64,000 nt of DNA. It comes from an uncultured Thermoplasmata archaeon (GTDB lineage Archaea; Thermoplasmatota; Thermoplasmata; RBG-16-68-12). Shown here piece after piece: positions 8,267 to 18,222 of this stretch (its first letter is position 1; every line of letters begins with the position of its first letter). Under the pieces are notes generated by a model. That model searched no databases. It saw only the letters and a program-made list of their open reading frames with translations, and had not been told where the DNA came from. Location: NCBI GenBank assembly GCA_963768855.1, contig CAVYJM010000018.1, forward strand, positions 64,001 to 128,000, read 5' to 3'. The position numbers were made by a program, and so were the translations under genes.

Positions 8267-10138
8267 TCACCCGAACTCGTCCGCGGGAACGCCTTCCGCG
8301 TGCCGTGGGACCTTACGGGTCACAACGTCGATCGCGAAGCTCGCGACGAGGACCACGGCACTCAGGAGGAGCACGACGCGGAGGGCTTCAGTGCCTCCTG
8401 CGACCGCCTCGAGCCCCGGGAGCACCGGAAACGCCCTTCCCGGGAACGAGCGCGGATAGGCCGTGAGCAGCACGAAGGTCACGACATCCACGACCGCGAC
8501 AAAGAGCCGCATGCCCAGGGAGCCGAGCTCGAAGAGATCGTACACGAGGAAGGCGACCGCTATGGACAAAGAGCCGAAGACCGCCACGGAGGGGGTGACA
8601 ACGTAGAGAGCCCCGGCGGCGACGTAGCACGTCAGGCCCACACCCAGAGCCAAGGAGTCGTTCCGCTCGATGGCCTTCCGGCGGTTCCGGCGCAGCCAGA
8701 TTGCGGACAGGGCGATGATCCCGAGGCTCACGAGGACCATGTAGTCCGTGATGCTAACGAGGAAGTCCTGCCCCGCCGCCGCGAGGAAGACGATGGGCGC
8801 AAGGACGAAGAGCCACGCCATTCGGGCGACGGACCGCGGCAGGAACCCATCCTCCCCCAGGGAGCCGATGTGTCTCGTCGCCGCGAGGAAGGCGGGCACG
8901 AAGGTCGTGAAGGTCGCGAGCATGAAAGCGAGGGCAGTCAGCAGCATCTGAGGTTTTCCCAGGACCGACTCGGTTACGTAGAGGGCCGGAATCTGGGAGG
9001 TGGAGAGGCCCGCGGGAGAGGGATTCGCAGCATACACAGAGAGCGCATAGAAGATGTTCACCGTGGCCGCGATCACAACGGTCGCGATCATCGCAATCCC
9101 GAAGTATCGATCCTTGTCCATCACATAGCCCCTCCGGAGCCACGAGACGACCGGGATTCGGGACGTATCGCGGGCCTCGCGGTCCAAGGCCTGGATCTCC
9201 TGGAAGCCGAAGAAGAGGATGTACAGGTACCCGGTGTTGACGATGATCGCCCCGACCCAGTCGAGGCCGGATGCTGCGGGAAACGCGAATAGGCCCCGGA
9301 AGTTCCAGCCCCCTGCGGAGCCGAGCATGTAGCTCTGGGCTACCAGGATCGCCACGAGCAGGGACGTGAAGGCGACCTGGGCGAGACCGATCGCCCGGAT
9401 GAACCGTCTCTCCAGGATCGAGTTCATGATGAACCAGAGGGCGAAGAGCCCGCCGATGACACCGACGATGAGGAAGGTCGGGAGGCCCCCGAGGCCGTAG
9501 CCCTGGAGAAGGGTGGGAAGATATCCGAAGACGAAGAGGACGAAGACGAGCACGCAGTAGGCCGCGAGGGCCGTGTTCGCCACGGCCATGGAGAAGCGGG
9601 AGATGAAGTAGCGTGCGCTCCGCACGCCGACGGCCACGCGGACGAAGGCCGGCCCGCCCACGGCGGAAAGGCCGTTCGTCTTCAGGACTCGGTAGCTGTC
9701 CGAGTTGTTCTTGGCCATGGCGACGGAAAGAATCGCCGCCAGGATCAGGGAGACGACGGAGACAATCTCGTACTCGAGGACATTCAGCGGGATGAGGAGG
9801 AACAAAGGGGATCCGAGTGTCGAACCGATGCCGATGGCCAGGATGGTTGTAAACCCATAGACCGGAGGGCGTTCGTCCGCGGGACCCCGCGCGGGCAGGG
9901 GGATTCGCACTCGGGTGAGGACCGAGGCGAGGAGAAGGCCGCCGGACAGGACGGCCGCCAGGAGCCCGACGAACGTCGCGGCGTCCGGAACCGAGAACGC
10001 ACCGAGCCCCACGACGCGCAGGGTGCCGAGCTCTCCCGCCATCCCGTAGACCGCGACGACGAGAACCAGGACACCCAGGGCCGCAGCCAGGATGCGCGCC
10101 AGACTGGCGGTGACCCGCAGAACCCTGGGCGCTTCCAT
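8267..10138 (-). CDS. APC-family amino acid permease
   Basis: About 14 or more hydrophobic segments; IGSTLGSP TM1-like and FFGFQEI TM6-like motifs. Confidence 0.75.
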   Translation of the reverse strand: MEAPRVLRVTASLARILAAALGVLVLVVAVYGMAGELGTLRVVGLGAFSVPDAATFVGLLAAVLSGGLLLASVLTRVRIPLPARGPADERPPVYGFTTILAIGIGSTLGSPLFLLIPLNVLEYEIVSVVSLILAAILSVAMAKNNSDSYRVLKTNGLSAVGGPAFVRVAVGVRSARYFISRFSMAVANTALAAYCVLVFVLFVFGYLPTLLQGYGLGGLPTFLIVGVIGGLFALWFIMNSILERRFIRAIGLAQVAFTSLLVAILVAQSYMLGSAGGWNFRGLFAFPAASGLDWVGAIIVNTGYLYILFFGFQEIQALDREARDTSRIPVVSWLRRGYVMDKDRYFGIAMIATVVIAATVNIFYALSVYAANPSPAGLSTSQIPALYVTESVLGKPQMLLTALAFMLATFTTFVPAFLAATRHIGSLGEDGFLPRSVARMAWLFVLAPIVFLAAAGQDFLVSITDYMVLVSLGIIALSAIWLRRNRRKAIERNDSLALGVGLTCYVAAGALYVVTPSVAVFGSLSIAVAFLVYDLFELGSLGMRLFVAVVDVVTFVLLTAYPRSFPGRAFPVLPGLEAVAGGTEALRVVLLLSAVVLVASFAIDVVTRKVPRHAEGVPADEFG

Positions 10139-10166
10139 CCTGCCTCGCCCTCCGGAAGTCCCTCCC

Positions 10167-10670
10167 TCAAGCCGACGGAGGGACGAGGACCGAATCCCCG
10201 AGGCTCCGAGAGGCCTGGCGCAGGGTGTACAGGGCAGCCAGGATCAAGAACAGGGCGAACGCGAACCCGAGCGCGGGGATGAGGGGGTCCGACATACCGG
10301 AGGAGGAGAGTCCGAGGGCCAGGTCCGCCAGGTAGCGTGCAATCTCGACGCGGGAGGTGAACCCGAGGATCGCGGGGACGAAGAGTACGAGCCCGACGAC
10401 GGTCAGGAGCGCGGCGAAGACGAGCTCCCCCGTGCCAATCAGGACCTGTCCCCACGGCGACAGGGGTCGGTGCCGCTCGAGGGAGGACAGGAAGTGTTTG
10501 ACGTCCCCGTCGTGGGACGCGAGGAGCCGCTCGCGGAGGCGTTTCGCGGTCGCCGGCTCCCAGCCTTCCTGGTCCCCGAGGGTCTTGATGTCGAGGATGA
10601 TGCGATCGATCGCCACATCCGCGGGATCGGAGGTGCTCCCGGCCATGGCGGGGCACTCGCTCCCCAGCAT
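10167..10670 (-). CDS. Hypothetical membrane protein (alternative start 10646)
   Basis: Soluble N-terminal helices plus two transmembrane segments. Confidence 0.65.
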   Translation of the reverse strand: MLGSECPAMAGSTSDPADVAIDRIILDIKTLGDQEGWEPATAKRLRERLLASHDGDVKHFLSSLERHRPLSPWGQVLIGTGELVFAALLTVVGLVLFVPAILGFTSRVEIARYLADLALGLSSSGMSDPLIPALGFAFALFLILAALYTLRQASRSLGDSVLVPPSA

Positions 10671-10927
10671 ACTTATGCGTTTCTCCGCGGCGCCGGCCCG
10701 GGCGCCTGCAAGCCCGAAGGCCAGCTGCGACAGACCGGGGGCGAGGTCCCCACACGATCCCCCGCTTCGCAGCCTCCTGCGCCCGGATGGCTGGCTTCAT
10801 CGCAGTGCAACCAGCCCAGCCTCCGGAGAATGATGGCCGGCATTCCCCTTGGATGAGTTGTCACCGCCGCGATTTTGGCATCGCAACGCTTATTATCAGG
10901 ACCCCGACTACGAACGACCGGGACGAT

Positions 10928-11446
10928 ATGGAGGTCCTTGAGGCCATTAAGTCGGTGAAGAGCGTGAGCAGGTACAAGCCGGACCCGGTCCCCGAGCAGA
11001 AAGTCCAGACGGTGGTCAATGCCGCGAGGCTCGCCCTCTCGGCGGACAACCTCCAGCCCTGGAAGTTCATCGTGGTCTCGGACGAGGACCGCAAGCGGAA
11101 GTTGGCGGGGATGACGACGAACAGCAAGAAGCTGCCCGACGCCCCGCTCATGGTCGTGGCCTGTGCTCGGCTCGATGAGGCCGTCGCGATGGTCGGCGGG
11201 TACATGAACTCGTACCCGGTCGACGTCGGCATGGCGGTCGCGCATCTCACCGTGGCGGCGACGAGTGAGGGGTTGGGGACCTCCTGGGTCTTCTCCTTCA
11301 ACGAGGAGAAGGTGAAGAACCTACTTGGCATCCCGGTGGATGCCCGCGTGGTGGGGTTGACCGCGCTGGGCTTCCCGGAGGCCTTCGAGCCTCCGGCCGG
11401 GCGCAAGCATCTGTCGGAGATCCTGTCGTACAACGCGTACGAATAA
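10928..11446 (+). CDS. Nitroreductase family protein
   Basis: AIKSVKSVSRYKPDPV, SADNLQPWKFIVV and EGLGTSWV; start set at ATG 10928. Confidence 0.9.
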   Translation: MEVLEAIKSVKSVSRYKPDPVPEQKVQTVVNAARLALSADNLQPWKFIVVSDEDRKRKLAGMTTNSKKLPDAPLMVVACARLDEAVAMVGGYMNSYPVDVGMAVAHLTVAATSEGLGTSWVFSFNEEKVKNLLGIPVDARVVGLTALGFPEAFEPPAGRKHLSEILSYNAYE

Positions 11447-11487
11447 GGCGCTCCCATCGGTCCCGAACCCTCCTCGACGAGCGAAGG

Positions 11488-12744
11488 ATGGCCCTCCGCG
11501 CCCTCACCCCCGGCAAAGCCGCCTACTGCAGCGACTGTGGAGCGGCAGCCCTTCCGGACTCGGAGAAATGCGGGAAGTGTGGCGCCGCGTTCGAAGGGTT
11601 CATGGACGCCGTCCTGTGCCCGATCTGCAATTCCGTCAATCCGGCGGACACGAAGGAGTGCAAGAGGTGCTCTGCGAAGTTCCCCGAGATCCAGACCGTG
11701 GACGCGGTGGCGAAGCCACCGGAGGGGAGCCCGGAGGAGGAGTACCTCCGCAACATCCTGCGACTGAGCCGGGAGAAGGCGAAGGCCCGCGTAACGCAAG
11801 CCCCGCCACCGCCCTCCAGTTCATCCGCCGAACCCGTCTCGATGACGGAGGTCGACCGGGAGGACGGCGACCTCGACGCGTACCTCTGGAAGCTCGCCGA
11901 GCCTTTCGAAAAGATGATCGACCGGCGCAAGCAGCGCCTCGAGCAGATGGACGGGCTCATCGAGCGCGCCCGCGCGCGGATCAAGACCCTCGAGAGCTCG
12001 ACGAACGACCTCGAGGTGCGCGAACGCGAGGAGCTCAAGCGGCAGATCGAGGAGCTCCTCCTCGAGAAGGAGGACATCCTGAAGATCGAGGAGGGCCTCG
12101 TCGACATGGAAAACACGTACCGGAACATCCTGCGGATGCAGCAGGACGAGCTCAAGGCGAAGGAGTCGTCCCTGCGCGCGCGGATCGAAGCGTTCCGGAT
12201 GGAGCTCGAGAAGCGCGAGCGCACGTTCGGCCAGATGCGCGAGCGCGAGTCGGACATCGTCCGGCGCGAGGACGAGTTCCGGATGCTCATGAACCGGCTG
12301 CACGAGCGCGAGAGGGAGCTCGAGAAGCGCGAGGAGCTCCTGCACGACAAGGCGCGTCTGCTCGACGAGCGCCACCACGCGATGAGCGAGGCGGAGGTCG
12401 ACCTCGAGCGGCGGCGGTGGGCGCTGGAGCAGAAGGCCTCCATGGGGACTCCTCCTGGAAAGCCCAGCGAGACGATGATCACTGTCGGCCCGGCGGAGCA
12501 GGAGATGACGGACCTCAAGGCCCGGATGAGCCAGATGGAGGAGCAGCTCGAGAAGCTGCAGGCAGAGAAGGCAGAGCTCGCGAACGAGCAGAAGTCCCTC
12601 CAGGAGTTCCGCGATACGATCAAGAGCGTGATGAAAGACCTGGATGAGCTCCTCGGGGAACTGCCCGATGAGAAGATCCGCCGGTTCGCGAAGTCGGACC
12701 GGTTCGCAACCTACGAGAAGGTCATGGACACGTTGGAGCTGTGA
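11488..12744 (+). CDS. Zinc-ribbon plus coiled-coil protein
   Basis: Four CxxC pairs at the N-terminus, a long E/R/K/L heptad region, and a short C-terminal helical module LDELLGELPDEKIRRFAKSDRFATYEKVM. Confidence 0.8.
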   Translation: MALRALTPGKAAYCSDCGAAALPDSEKCGKCGAAFEGFMDAVLCPICNSVNPADTKECKRCSAKFPEIQTVDAVAKPPEGSPEEEYLRNILRLSREKAKARVTQAPPPPSSSSAEPVSMTEVDREDGDLDAYLWKLAEPFEKMIDRRKQRLEQMDGLIERARARIKTLESSTNDLEVREREELKRQIEELLLEKEDILKIEEGLVDMENTYRNILRMQQDELKAKESSLRARIEAFRMELEKRERTFGQMRERESDIVRREDEFRMLMNRLHERERELEKREELLHDKARLLDERHHAMSEAEVDLERRRWALEQKASMGTPPGKPSETMITVGPAEQEMTDLKARMSQMEEQLEKLQAEKAELANEQKSLQEFRDTIKSVMKDLDELLGELPDEKIRRFAKSDRFATYEKVMDTLEL

Positions 12745-15700
12745 GGATGCCCGGCCTCCGTGAGAAAGCCCGCAAAACCCTCGAGAGCGGGGAGGGTGAG
12801 GCCGAGGAGCCGGAGGCACCGACCGTCGTCCGGTTTGACGCGCAGCTCGCGGAACTCGAGGCGAACGCGAAGGCGCGTGAGGGCGAGCTGCTCCGTGATC
12901 TCGACGAGCTCCGGAAGCTCTCCGAGGCGAAGACCGCGCAGATCGTCAAGCAGGAGAACGCGCTGACGACCGCGCAGGACAAGTTGAAGGACCTCGAAGA
13001 GGAGAACAGCGAGCTCGCCGAGGACGCGAAGAAGGCCTCCAAGTCGATGGAGGAGCTGCGCGAGCAGCTCGCGGAGGCCCACGTCGAGCTCGAGACCCTC
13101 CACCGCTCGAAGGAAGCGGCGCAGGACACTTCGGTCGCAGTCAAGCAGCTCGACGCCCGCCGCACGTCGCTCGAGACGCGCGAGGGATCCCTGAAGACGC
13201 GGGAGGATGCGCTGAAGAAGCGTGAGGCGGACCTGGAGCGAGCCGTGGCGACGCTCGACTCGCGCAACAAGGACCTGAAGGCGCGGGAGTCGACCGTGTG
13301 GGCGAAGCAGGAGCAGCTCGACGCGATCGCGCGCGTCGTGAAGGCGGCCGAGAAGGAAGTCGCCGGTGCGAGGGCCCAGGTCGAGGCCCGCGAGGCCGAG
13401 CTCGTCGAGGCCCGGAAGAGCCTGCAAGGCGCCGCGGAGAAGCGAGCGGCGGACCTCGAGCAGGAGATCAAGCTCCGCGACAAGGACCTCGCGAAGCTCC
13501 GCAAGGAGCTCGAGAACGTGAAGGCGGACGAGGAGGACCTCCGTCGTTCAGCCCAGGAACGGGAAATCCAGCTCACCGAACAGGTCACGAAGACGCACAA
13601 CGCGGTGGAGCAGGAGAAGGAGAAGGCATCCCGCCTCCAGGGCGAGATCGACGACCTCCGGCGCCGGGCCGGGAAAGCGGGGGAGCTCACCGCGAAGGAG
13701 GCGGACCTCAAGGCGCAGTGGTCCAGCCTCGACGCGAAGACGCAGGATCTCTCGGACCGCGAGGCGGAGGTCGCCGCGCAGCTCAAGGAGCTGAAGGTCC
13801 GCGAGGAGGACGCCCAGAGGACGGCCCGGGCGGCGGCGGAGAAATCGCTCGAGGCAGAGAAGCAACTCCGGGCAGTCAAGGACCGGGAGCGCGCGGTCGA
13901 GAAGGCGGAGAAGAAGGGCAAGGATGCGGCGGACAAAGTCGCGTCGGACCAGAAGGCCAAGGAGGTCGCCTGGGCCGCGGAGCTCGACGACCTGCGGAAG
14001 GCGATGACGGCCCGGGACCGGGACCTCGCGAAGCGCGACAAGGAGCTCGAATCGCTCCAGGGCGCGGTCAAGGCGGCGAAGGACGGGCTCCAGCGCCGCG
14101 AACTCGAACTCACCACGGAACTCACCCGCGCGAAGGCGGACCTTGACGGGGCCCGGGGTCAGGCCGAGGTCCTGGAACGGGAGCTCAAGGACGCGCGCAG
14201 CGGGACCGCGAAGGCCGGCGATCTCACGGCTCGGGAGGCATCCCTAGAGCGAACCCGCGCCGAGCTCGCGGAGCGCGAGAAGCAGATGGTGCAGGGCCGC
14301 GCGGACCTCGAGTCCCGCCTCAAGATCACACAGCGACGCGAGGAGGAACTCGAACGGCGCGAGGCAGTGCTCGCGAAGGCCGAGTCCGAATCCCAGACGG
14401 GGCTCCGGGGCCTGCGCGACCGCGAGCGCGAGGTCGTCCGCATCGAGAAGCGCGTCGACGACAAGACGAAGTCGTTCGACGCTCGAATCGCACGGCGCGA
14501 CCAGGAACTCCAAGAACGGCAGGATGCGCTCGCGAACCTGAAGCGGGACCTCGAGTCCCAGTCCGAATCCCTCAAGAAGGAGGCCCGCGAGATGACGGAG
14601 CTCCGAGAGGAGCTTGAGGCGCGGGCCGCGGACCTAGACCGCCGCGGGTCCGCGCTGGACGCCGCAGCGGACGAGGCTGCCACGACCCAGGTGGCACTGA
14701 AGGCCCGCGAGGATGCGGTCGCGAAGCGGGAGACCGTTTCGGCCGCCCTCGAGACGGACCTCCAGGCCCGCGAGGACCGGCTCGAGAAGGCCCTCGGCAA
14801 GCTCGAGAGCGAGAAGTCGGCGCTCGACAAGGTCCGCGAGGACCTCGCCGCGAGGCGCTCCGAGCTCGAGCGGATGCAGAAGGGGATCAAGCTCACCAGC
14901 TCCCAGATCGACGAACGCGAGGCCGGGCTCCTCAAGCGCGAGCAGGAGCTCGCGGAGGAGGCGAAGGGGCTCGAGGCCGCACGGGCCCAGGCGAAGGCGG
15001 CCCTCGAGGAGGTCCGCAAGGCCGAGCGCCTCGTGCAGCGGCGGGAGTCGCTCCTCGCGCGGCGGGAGGATGAGCAGAAAGAGGTCGCCGGGGCGCAGAT
15101 GGCCGTCGAGAAGGAACTCAAGGCTCGCCGGGCGGCTCTCGACCACGAGACCGCCGAGCTCGAGCAGCGGCGCCAACAGCTCGAGGGCCGCGGCAAGGAC
15201 CTCGACCTCCGCGAGAAGGAGTTCCGGTCCGCCGTGGAGGGCCACAAGGCCACGCTGGCCAAGTTCGAATCACGTGTCGAGGATCTGGAGACGCGGGAGG
15301 ACACACTCGCCTCCCGGGAAGCCGAAGTGGATCACCGGGAAGCGGGGCTCGCCAAGGGCCGCGCCGAGCTCAAGGACGGCCTCGCGGAGCTCGAGAAGTC
15401 CCGCAGGGCACTCGAGTCCGAGCGCAAGTCCCTCGATGCCGCGCGCGCGGACCTGACCTCGAAGATGCAGGGCGCGGAAGCCCGGCTACGGGAGATCACC
15501 GCGACGGAGGCCACGCTCGCGGAGCGGGAGAAGGCCGCCGAGGCCGCGGACGCAGACCTCACGAAGCGCGAGAAGGCCCTCGAGGCGGAGACGAAGGAGC
15601 TCGCGGAAGCCCAGTCGACCGCCGACGCGGACCTGCGCCGGCGGGAGGGCGAGACCCGCGCCGAGCTCCAGCAGGCGCGGCGGCTCATCGCGATCACGGA

Positions 15701-17135
15701 GAAGAAGGAGAAGGACCTCGGCCTGCGGGAGACCTCCCTCCGGGGAAAGGAGGAGGAGCTGCGGCGGCTCGAGGCCGACCTGGACCGCCGGGAGGCCGCC
15801 CTCGACGTCACCCAGAAGTCGCTGTCGCAGAAGGAGACGGTCCTCGGAGATCTCGACGGCCGCCTCGGCCAGCGGGGTAAAGAGCTCACGCGACGCGAGC
15901 AGAAGCTCGAGGAGGACGCGACGAGCCTGACGGCTCGCGCGAAGGAGCTGGAGACCACGCTGCACCAGCAGGGCCAGGAGGCGAAGGAGATCGCGGCCGC
16001 GCAGAAGGACCTCGCGCGGATGCGCTCGTCGCTGACCGTCCTCGACAAGAAGATCCGTTCCGAATCCAAACACCTCGAGCAGCGGCTCGAAACCCTGAAG
16101 GCGAAGGAGGCGGAGCTCTCCGCGCTCGAGGAGCGCCAGGCGACCGCAGGAAGCGAGCTGGCCGGCCGCGAGGAGGACCTGAAGGAGAAGCTCTCCGACC
16201 TAGCGAAAGCCTCCGCCGGTGTCGAGGACCAGCGGGCCGAGCTAGCAAAGCGCGATTCAGGCCTCCAGGTGCTCGCCGCCACCCTAGAGAAGCGCGAGGA
16301 GGACGCGGACCGCCAAGGCCAGGCGCTCGCGAAGAAGGCCTCCGATCTCGAGAAGGCTCTCGCGGAGGTCAAGGAGGAACGGGTGCGCCTCCTGGCCGAT
16401 ACCCGTCGAGCCGCGGAGGAGACCCGGGCGCTCGGTCGCGCGCGCCTCGAGATGGCCAAGCGGGAGAAGACCGTCGAGGCCGCGGCCGCCGCCGTCCGGT
16501 CGCGCGAGGACGAGGCCGCGGACATGAAGTCCAAGGCCATGACGCTCCTGAAGTACGCGGAGAAGAACGCGGAAGCGAAACGCGGAGAGCTCGAGGAGCG
16601 GATGGAAGGCGAGCAGACCCTATTGGAAGAACAGCGCGCCTCCCTTGAGGAGGTGGCCCGCGCCCGCGAGGACCTTGACCAGCGCCAGCACCGGCTGGAC
16701 ACCGCCAAGGCGGAGCACGACGCCCGCGCCAAGGCGCTCGAGGCGCGCGACGCCCGGCTGAAGCAGGCCGAGGCGGCCACCGCGAAGGAGCGGGCCGAGC
16801 TGAAGTCCCTGTGGAAGAACCTCGAGGCGGAGGGCTCGCGGGTCGCCCGGAAGGAGGAAGCGATCGAGCTGCTCGTCGCGAAGATGCTCGAGAAGGAGCG
16901 CGAGACGCTCGAGGAAGAGACGCACAAGGTGCACTCGATGGCCTCGGACCTGAAGAACAAGGACCGCTCCCTGGAGAAGGAGCAGGGCCGGCTGACCGCG
17001 CTGGAGCGGGACCTCCAGGGCCTCAAGGGGAGCCTCGAGTCGCGGGAGCGCGCAATCCGTGCGCAGGAAGAGGAGCTCGAGCGCCGGCGGGAGGACATCC
17101 GCCGGATGCGCGAGCAGATCGAGGAACTCCTCTGA
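12741..17135 (+). CDS. Giant coiled-coil protein (1464 aa)
   Basis: Continuous A/E/K/L/R-rich heptads; no Walker motif, TM helix or signal peptide; GTGA overlap with the upstream gene. Confidence 0.85.
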   Translation: MRMPGLREKARKTLESGEGEAEEPEAPTVVRFDAQLAELEANAKAREGELLRDLDELRKLSEAKTAQIVKQENALTTAQDKLKDLEEENSELAEDAKKASKSMEELREQLAEAHVELETLHRSKEAAQDTSVAVKQLDARRTSLETREGSLKTREDALKKREADLERAVATLDSRNKDLKARESTVWAKQEQLDAIARVVKAAEKEVAGARAQVEAREAELVEARKSLQGAAEKRAADLEQEIKLRDKDLAKLRKELENVKADEEDLRRSAQEREIQLTEQVTKTHNAVEQEKEKASRLQGEIDDLRRRAGKAGELTAKEADLKAQWSSLDAKTQDLSDREAEVAAQLKELKVREEDAQRTARAAAEKSLEAEKQLRAVKDRERAVEKAEKKGKDAADKVASDQKAKEVAWAAELDDLRKAMTARDRDLAKRDKELESLQGAVKAAKDGLQRRELELTTELTRAKADLDGARGQAEVLERELKDARSGTAKAGDLTAREASLERTRAELAEREKQMVQGRADLESRLKITQRREEELERREAVLAKAESESQTGLRGLRDREREVVRIEKRVDDKTKSFDARIARRDQELQERQDALANLKRDLESQSESLKKEAREMTELREELEARAADLDRRGSALDAAADEAATTQVALKAREDAVAKRETVSAALETDLQAREDRLEKALGKLESEKSALDKVREDLAARRSELERMQKGIKLTSSQIDEREAGLLKREQELAEEAKGLEAARAQAKAALEEVRKAERLVQRRESLLARREDEQKEVAGAQMAVEKELKARRAALDHETAELEQRRQQLEGRGKDLDLREKEFRSAVEGHKATLAKFESRVEDLETREDTLASREAEVDHREAGLAKGRAELKDGLAELEKSRRALESERKSLDAARADLTSKMQGAEARLREITATEATLAEREKAAEAADADLTKREKALEAETKELAEAQSTADADLRRREGETRAELQQARRLIAITEKKEKDLGLRETSLRGKEEELRRLEADLDRREAALDVTQKSLSQKETVLGDLDGRLGQRGKELTRREQKLEEDATSLTARAKELETTLHQQGQEAKEIAAAQKDLARMRSSLTVLDKKIRSESKHLEQRLETLKAKEAELSALEERQATAGSELAGREEDLKEKLSDLAKASAGVEDQRAELAKRDSGLQVLAATLEKREEDADRQGQALAKKASDLEKALAEVKEERVRLLADTRRAAEETRALGRARLEMAKREKTVEAAAAAVRSREDEAADMKSKAMTLLKYAEKNAEAKRGELEERMEGEQTLLEEQRASLEEVARAREDLDQRQHRLDTAKAEHDARAKALEARDARLKQAEAATAKERAELKSLWKNLEAEGSRVARKEEAIELLVAKMLEKERETLEEETHKVHSMASDLKNKDRSLEKEQGRLTALERDLQGLKGSLESRERAIRAQEEELERRREDIRRMREQIEELL

Positions 17136-17780
17136 TCAGCGTTCCTCGGCCGGCTTGCTCGGACCCGTGGGCGACTTCGCGGGCTGTTCCGCGGTCGACG
17201 GCCACGCGACCGTGTGCAGGTATAGGATCCCCATGCCGAAGAGGGGCACGAAGATCAGGGAGCTCAGCAGGTGGTAGAGGGTGAAGATGGGCTGCGCCTC
17301 GAGGACCTGCAGGAACGTGAGTCCCATGGGCTTCGCGATGAAGTAGTACTCGCCGACATCCGTCCAGAGGTCGTACGCGATCGTGATCGGGATGCTGATC
17401 GTCGTGACGAGGGCGATCGACCTCACCCGGTACAGGACGTGCGGCTTGAGCCGGCGACCGATGAGCCCTACGAAGAGGAATCCCGTGAACATGAAGAAGG
17501 ACATGCCCAGGATGATGTTCGTCGCGTAGATCGAGTACGGACCGCTCCACAGCAGGGGCTCCACGATCGCCATCGTGACCATGGGGACGATCACGGTCCA
17601 CCATCGCCCGAGAACGGAACCCGCGATGATGCTCACCGCGAAGACGGTCTCGAAGTTCGCCGCGTATCGGAGGAACACGACCTTCCCGAGGACCCCCATC
17701 ACGATGAGCAGGACCCCGAACGTCCGCGTCTTGCGATCGCCGAGACCCCGTTCGATCGCAGCGTGCCAGCGGGCGTTCAT
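17136..17780 (-). CDS. Membrane protein, putative ECF-type S-component (DUF6580-like)
   Basis: About 5-6 TM helices; ANFETVFAVSIIAG motif. Confidence 0.6.
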   Translation of the reverse strand: MNARWHAAIERGLGDRKTRTFGVLLIVMGVLGKVVFLRYAANFETVFAVSIIAGSVLGRWWTVIVPMVTMAIVEPLLWSGPYSIYATNIILGMSFFMFTGFLFVGLIGRRLKPHVLYRVRSIALVTTISIPITIAYDLWTDVGEYYFIAKPMGLTFLQVLEAQPIFTLYHLLSSLIFVPLFGMGILYLHTVAWPSTAEQPAKSPTGPSKPAEER

Positions 17781-17781
17781 C

Positions 17782-18222
17782 CTACGCGCCCCCCTGGTCC
17801 GTCGTGCAGCGCCACGCGACGTGGTCCCCGTCGGAAAGCGGGACGAGGTTCGCCGCGACGTTCCCGTAGGTCGTGCCGACCCAGTACTGCCACCCCGCGC
17901 CCGCGGACGGGTTCGCCGTACCGTTGATCGAGAGGACGAACACCCCCGGGGGGGTCGTGTAGTTCTGCCACATCACACGAAACCCGAGGCGCTGGGATGC
18001 TTCGAGCAGCAGGAGGAAGGGCGTGTTGCTCGTCGTCGTCACAGGACCGTACTCGGTCGTCCAGGTGCCGCCGTCAATCAGGAGGCTCACATCCCGGACC
18101 GTGCCCGGCGGGACCGGCGGCGGCTGGGTCGCCTGCACCCAGCCGTACAGGCCTGCGATCCCGACCACCAAGATCACGAGGAAGAGGACCGCCTGGGTGC
18201 GCTCCGAGAGCCTACGGGCCAC
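17782..18222 (-). CDS. DUF4430 (transcobalamin C-terminal-like) membrane-anchored protein
   Basis: N-terminal TM helix; GVFVLSINGTAN...GWQYWV motif. Confidence 0.75.
   Translation of the reverse strand: MARRLSERTQAVLFLVILVVGIAGLYGWVQATQPPPVPPGTVRDVSLLIDGGTWTTEYGPVTTTSNTPFLLLLEASQRLGFRVMWQNYTTPPGVFVLSINGTANPSAGAGWQYWVGTTYGNVAANLVPLSDGDHVAWRCTTDQGGA

Noticed and set aside
12741-17135. SMC/Rad50 chromosome segregation protein
   Set aside because: No Walker A/B, signature motif, hinge or zinc hook
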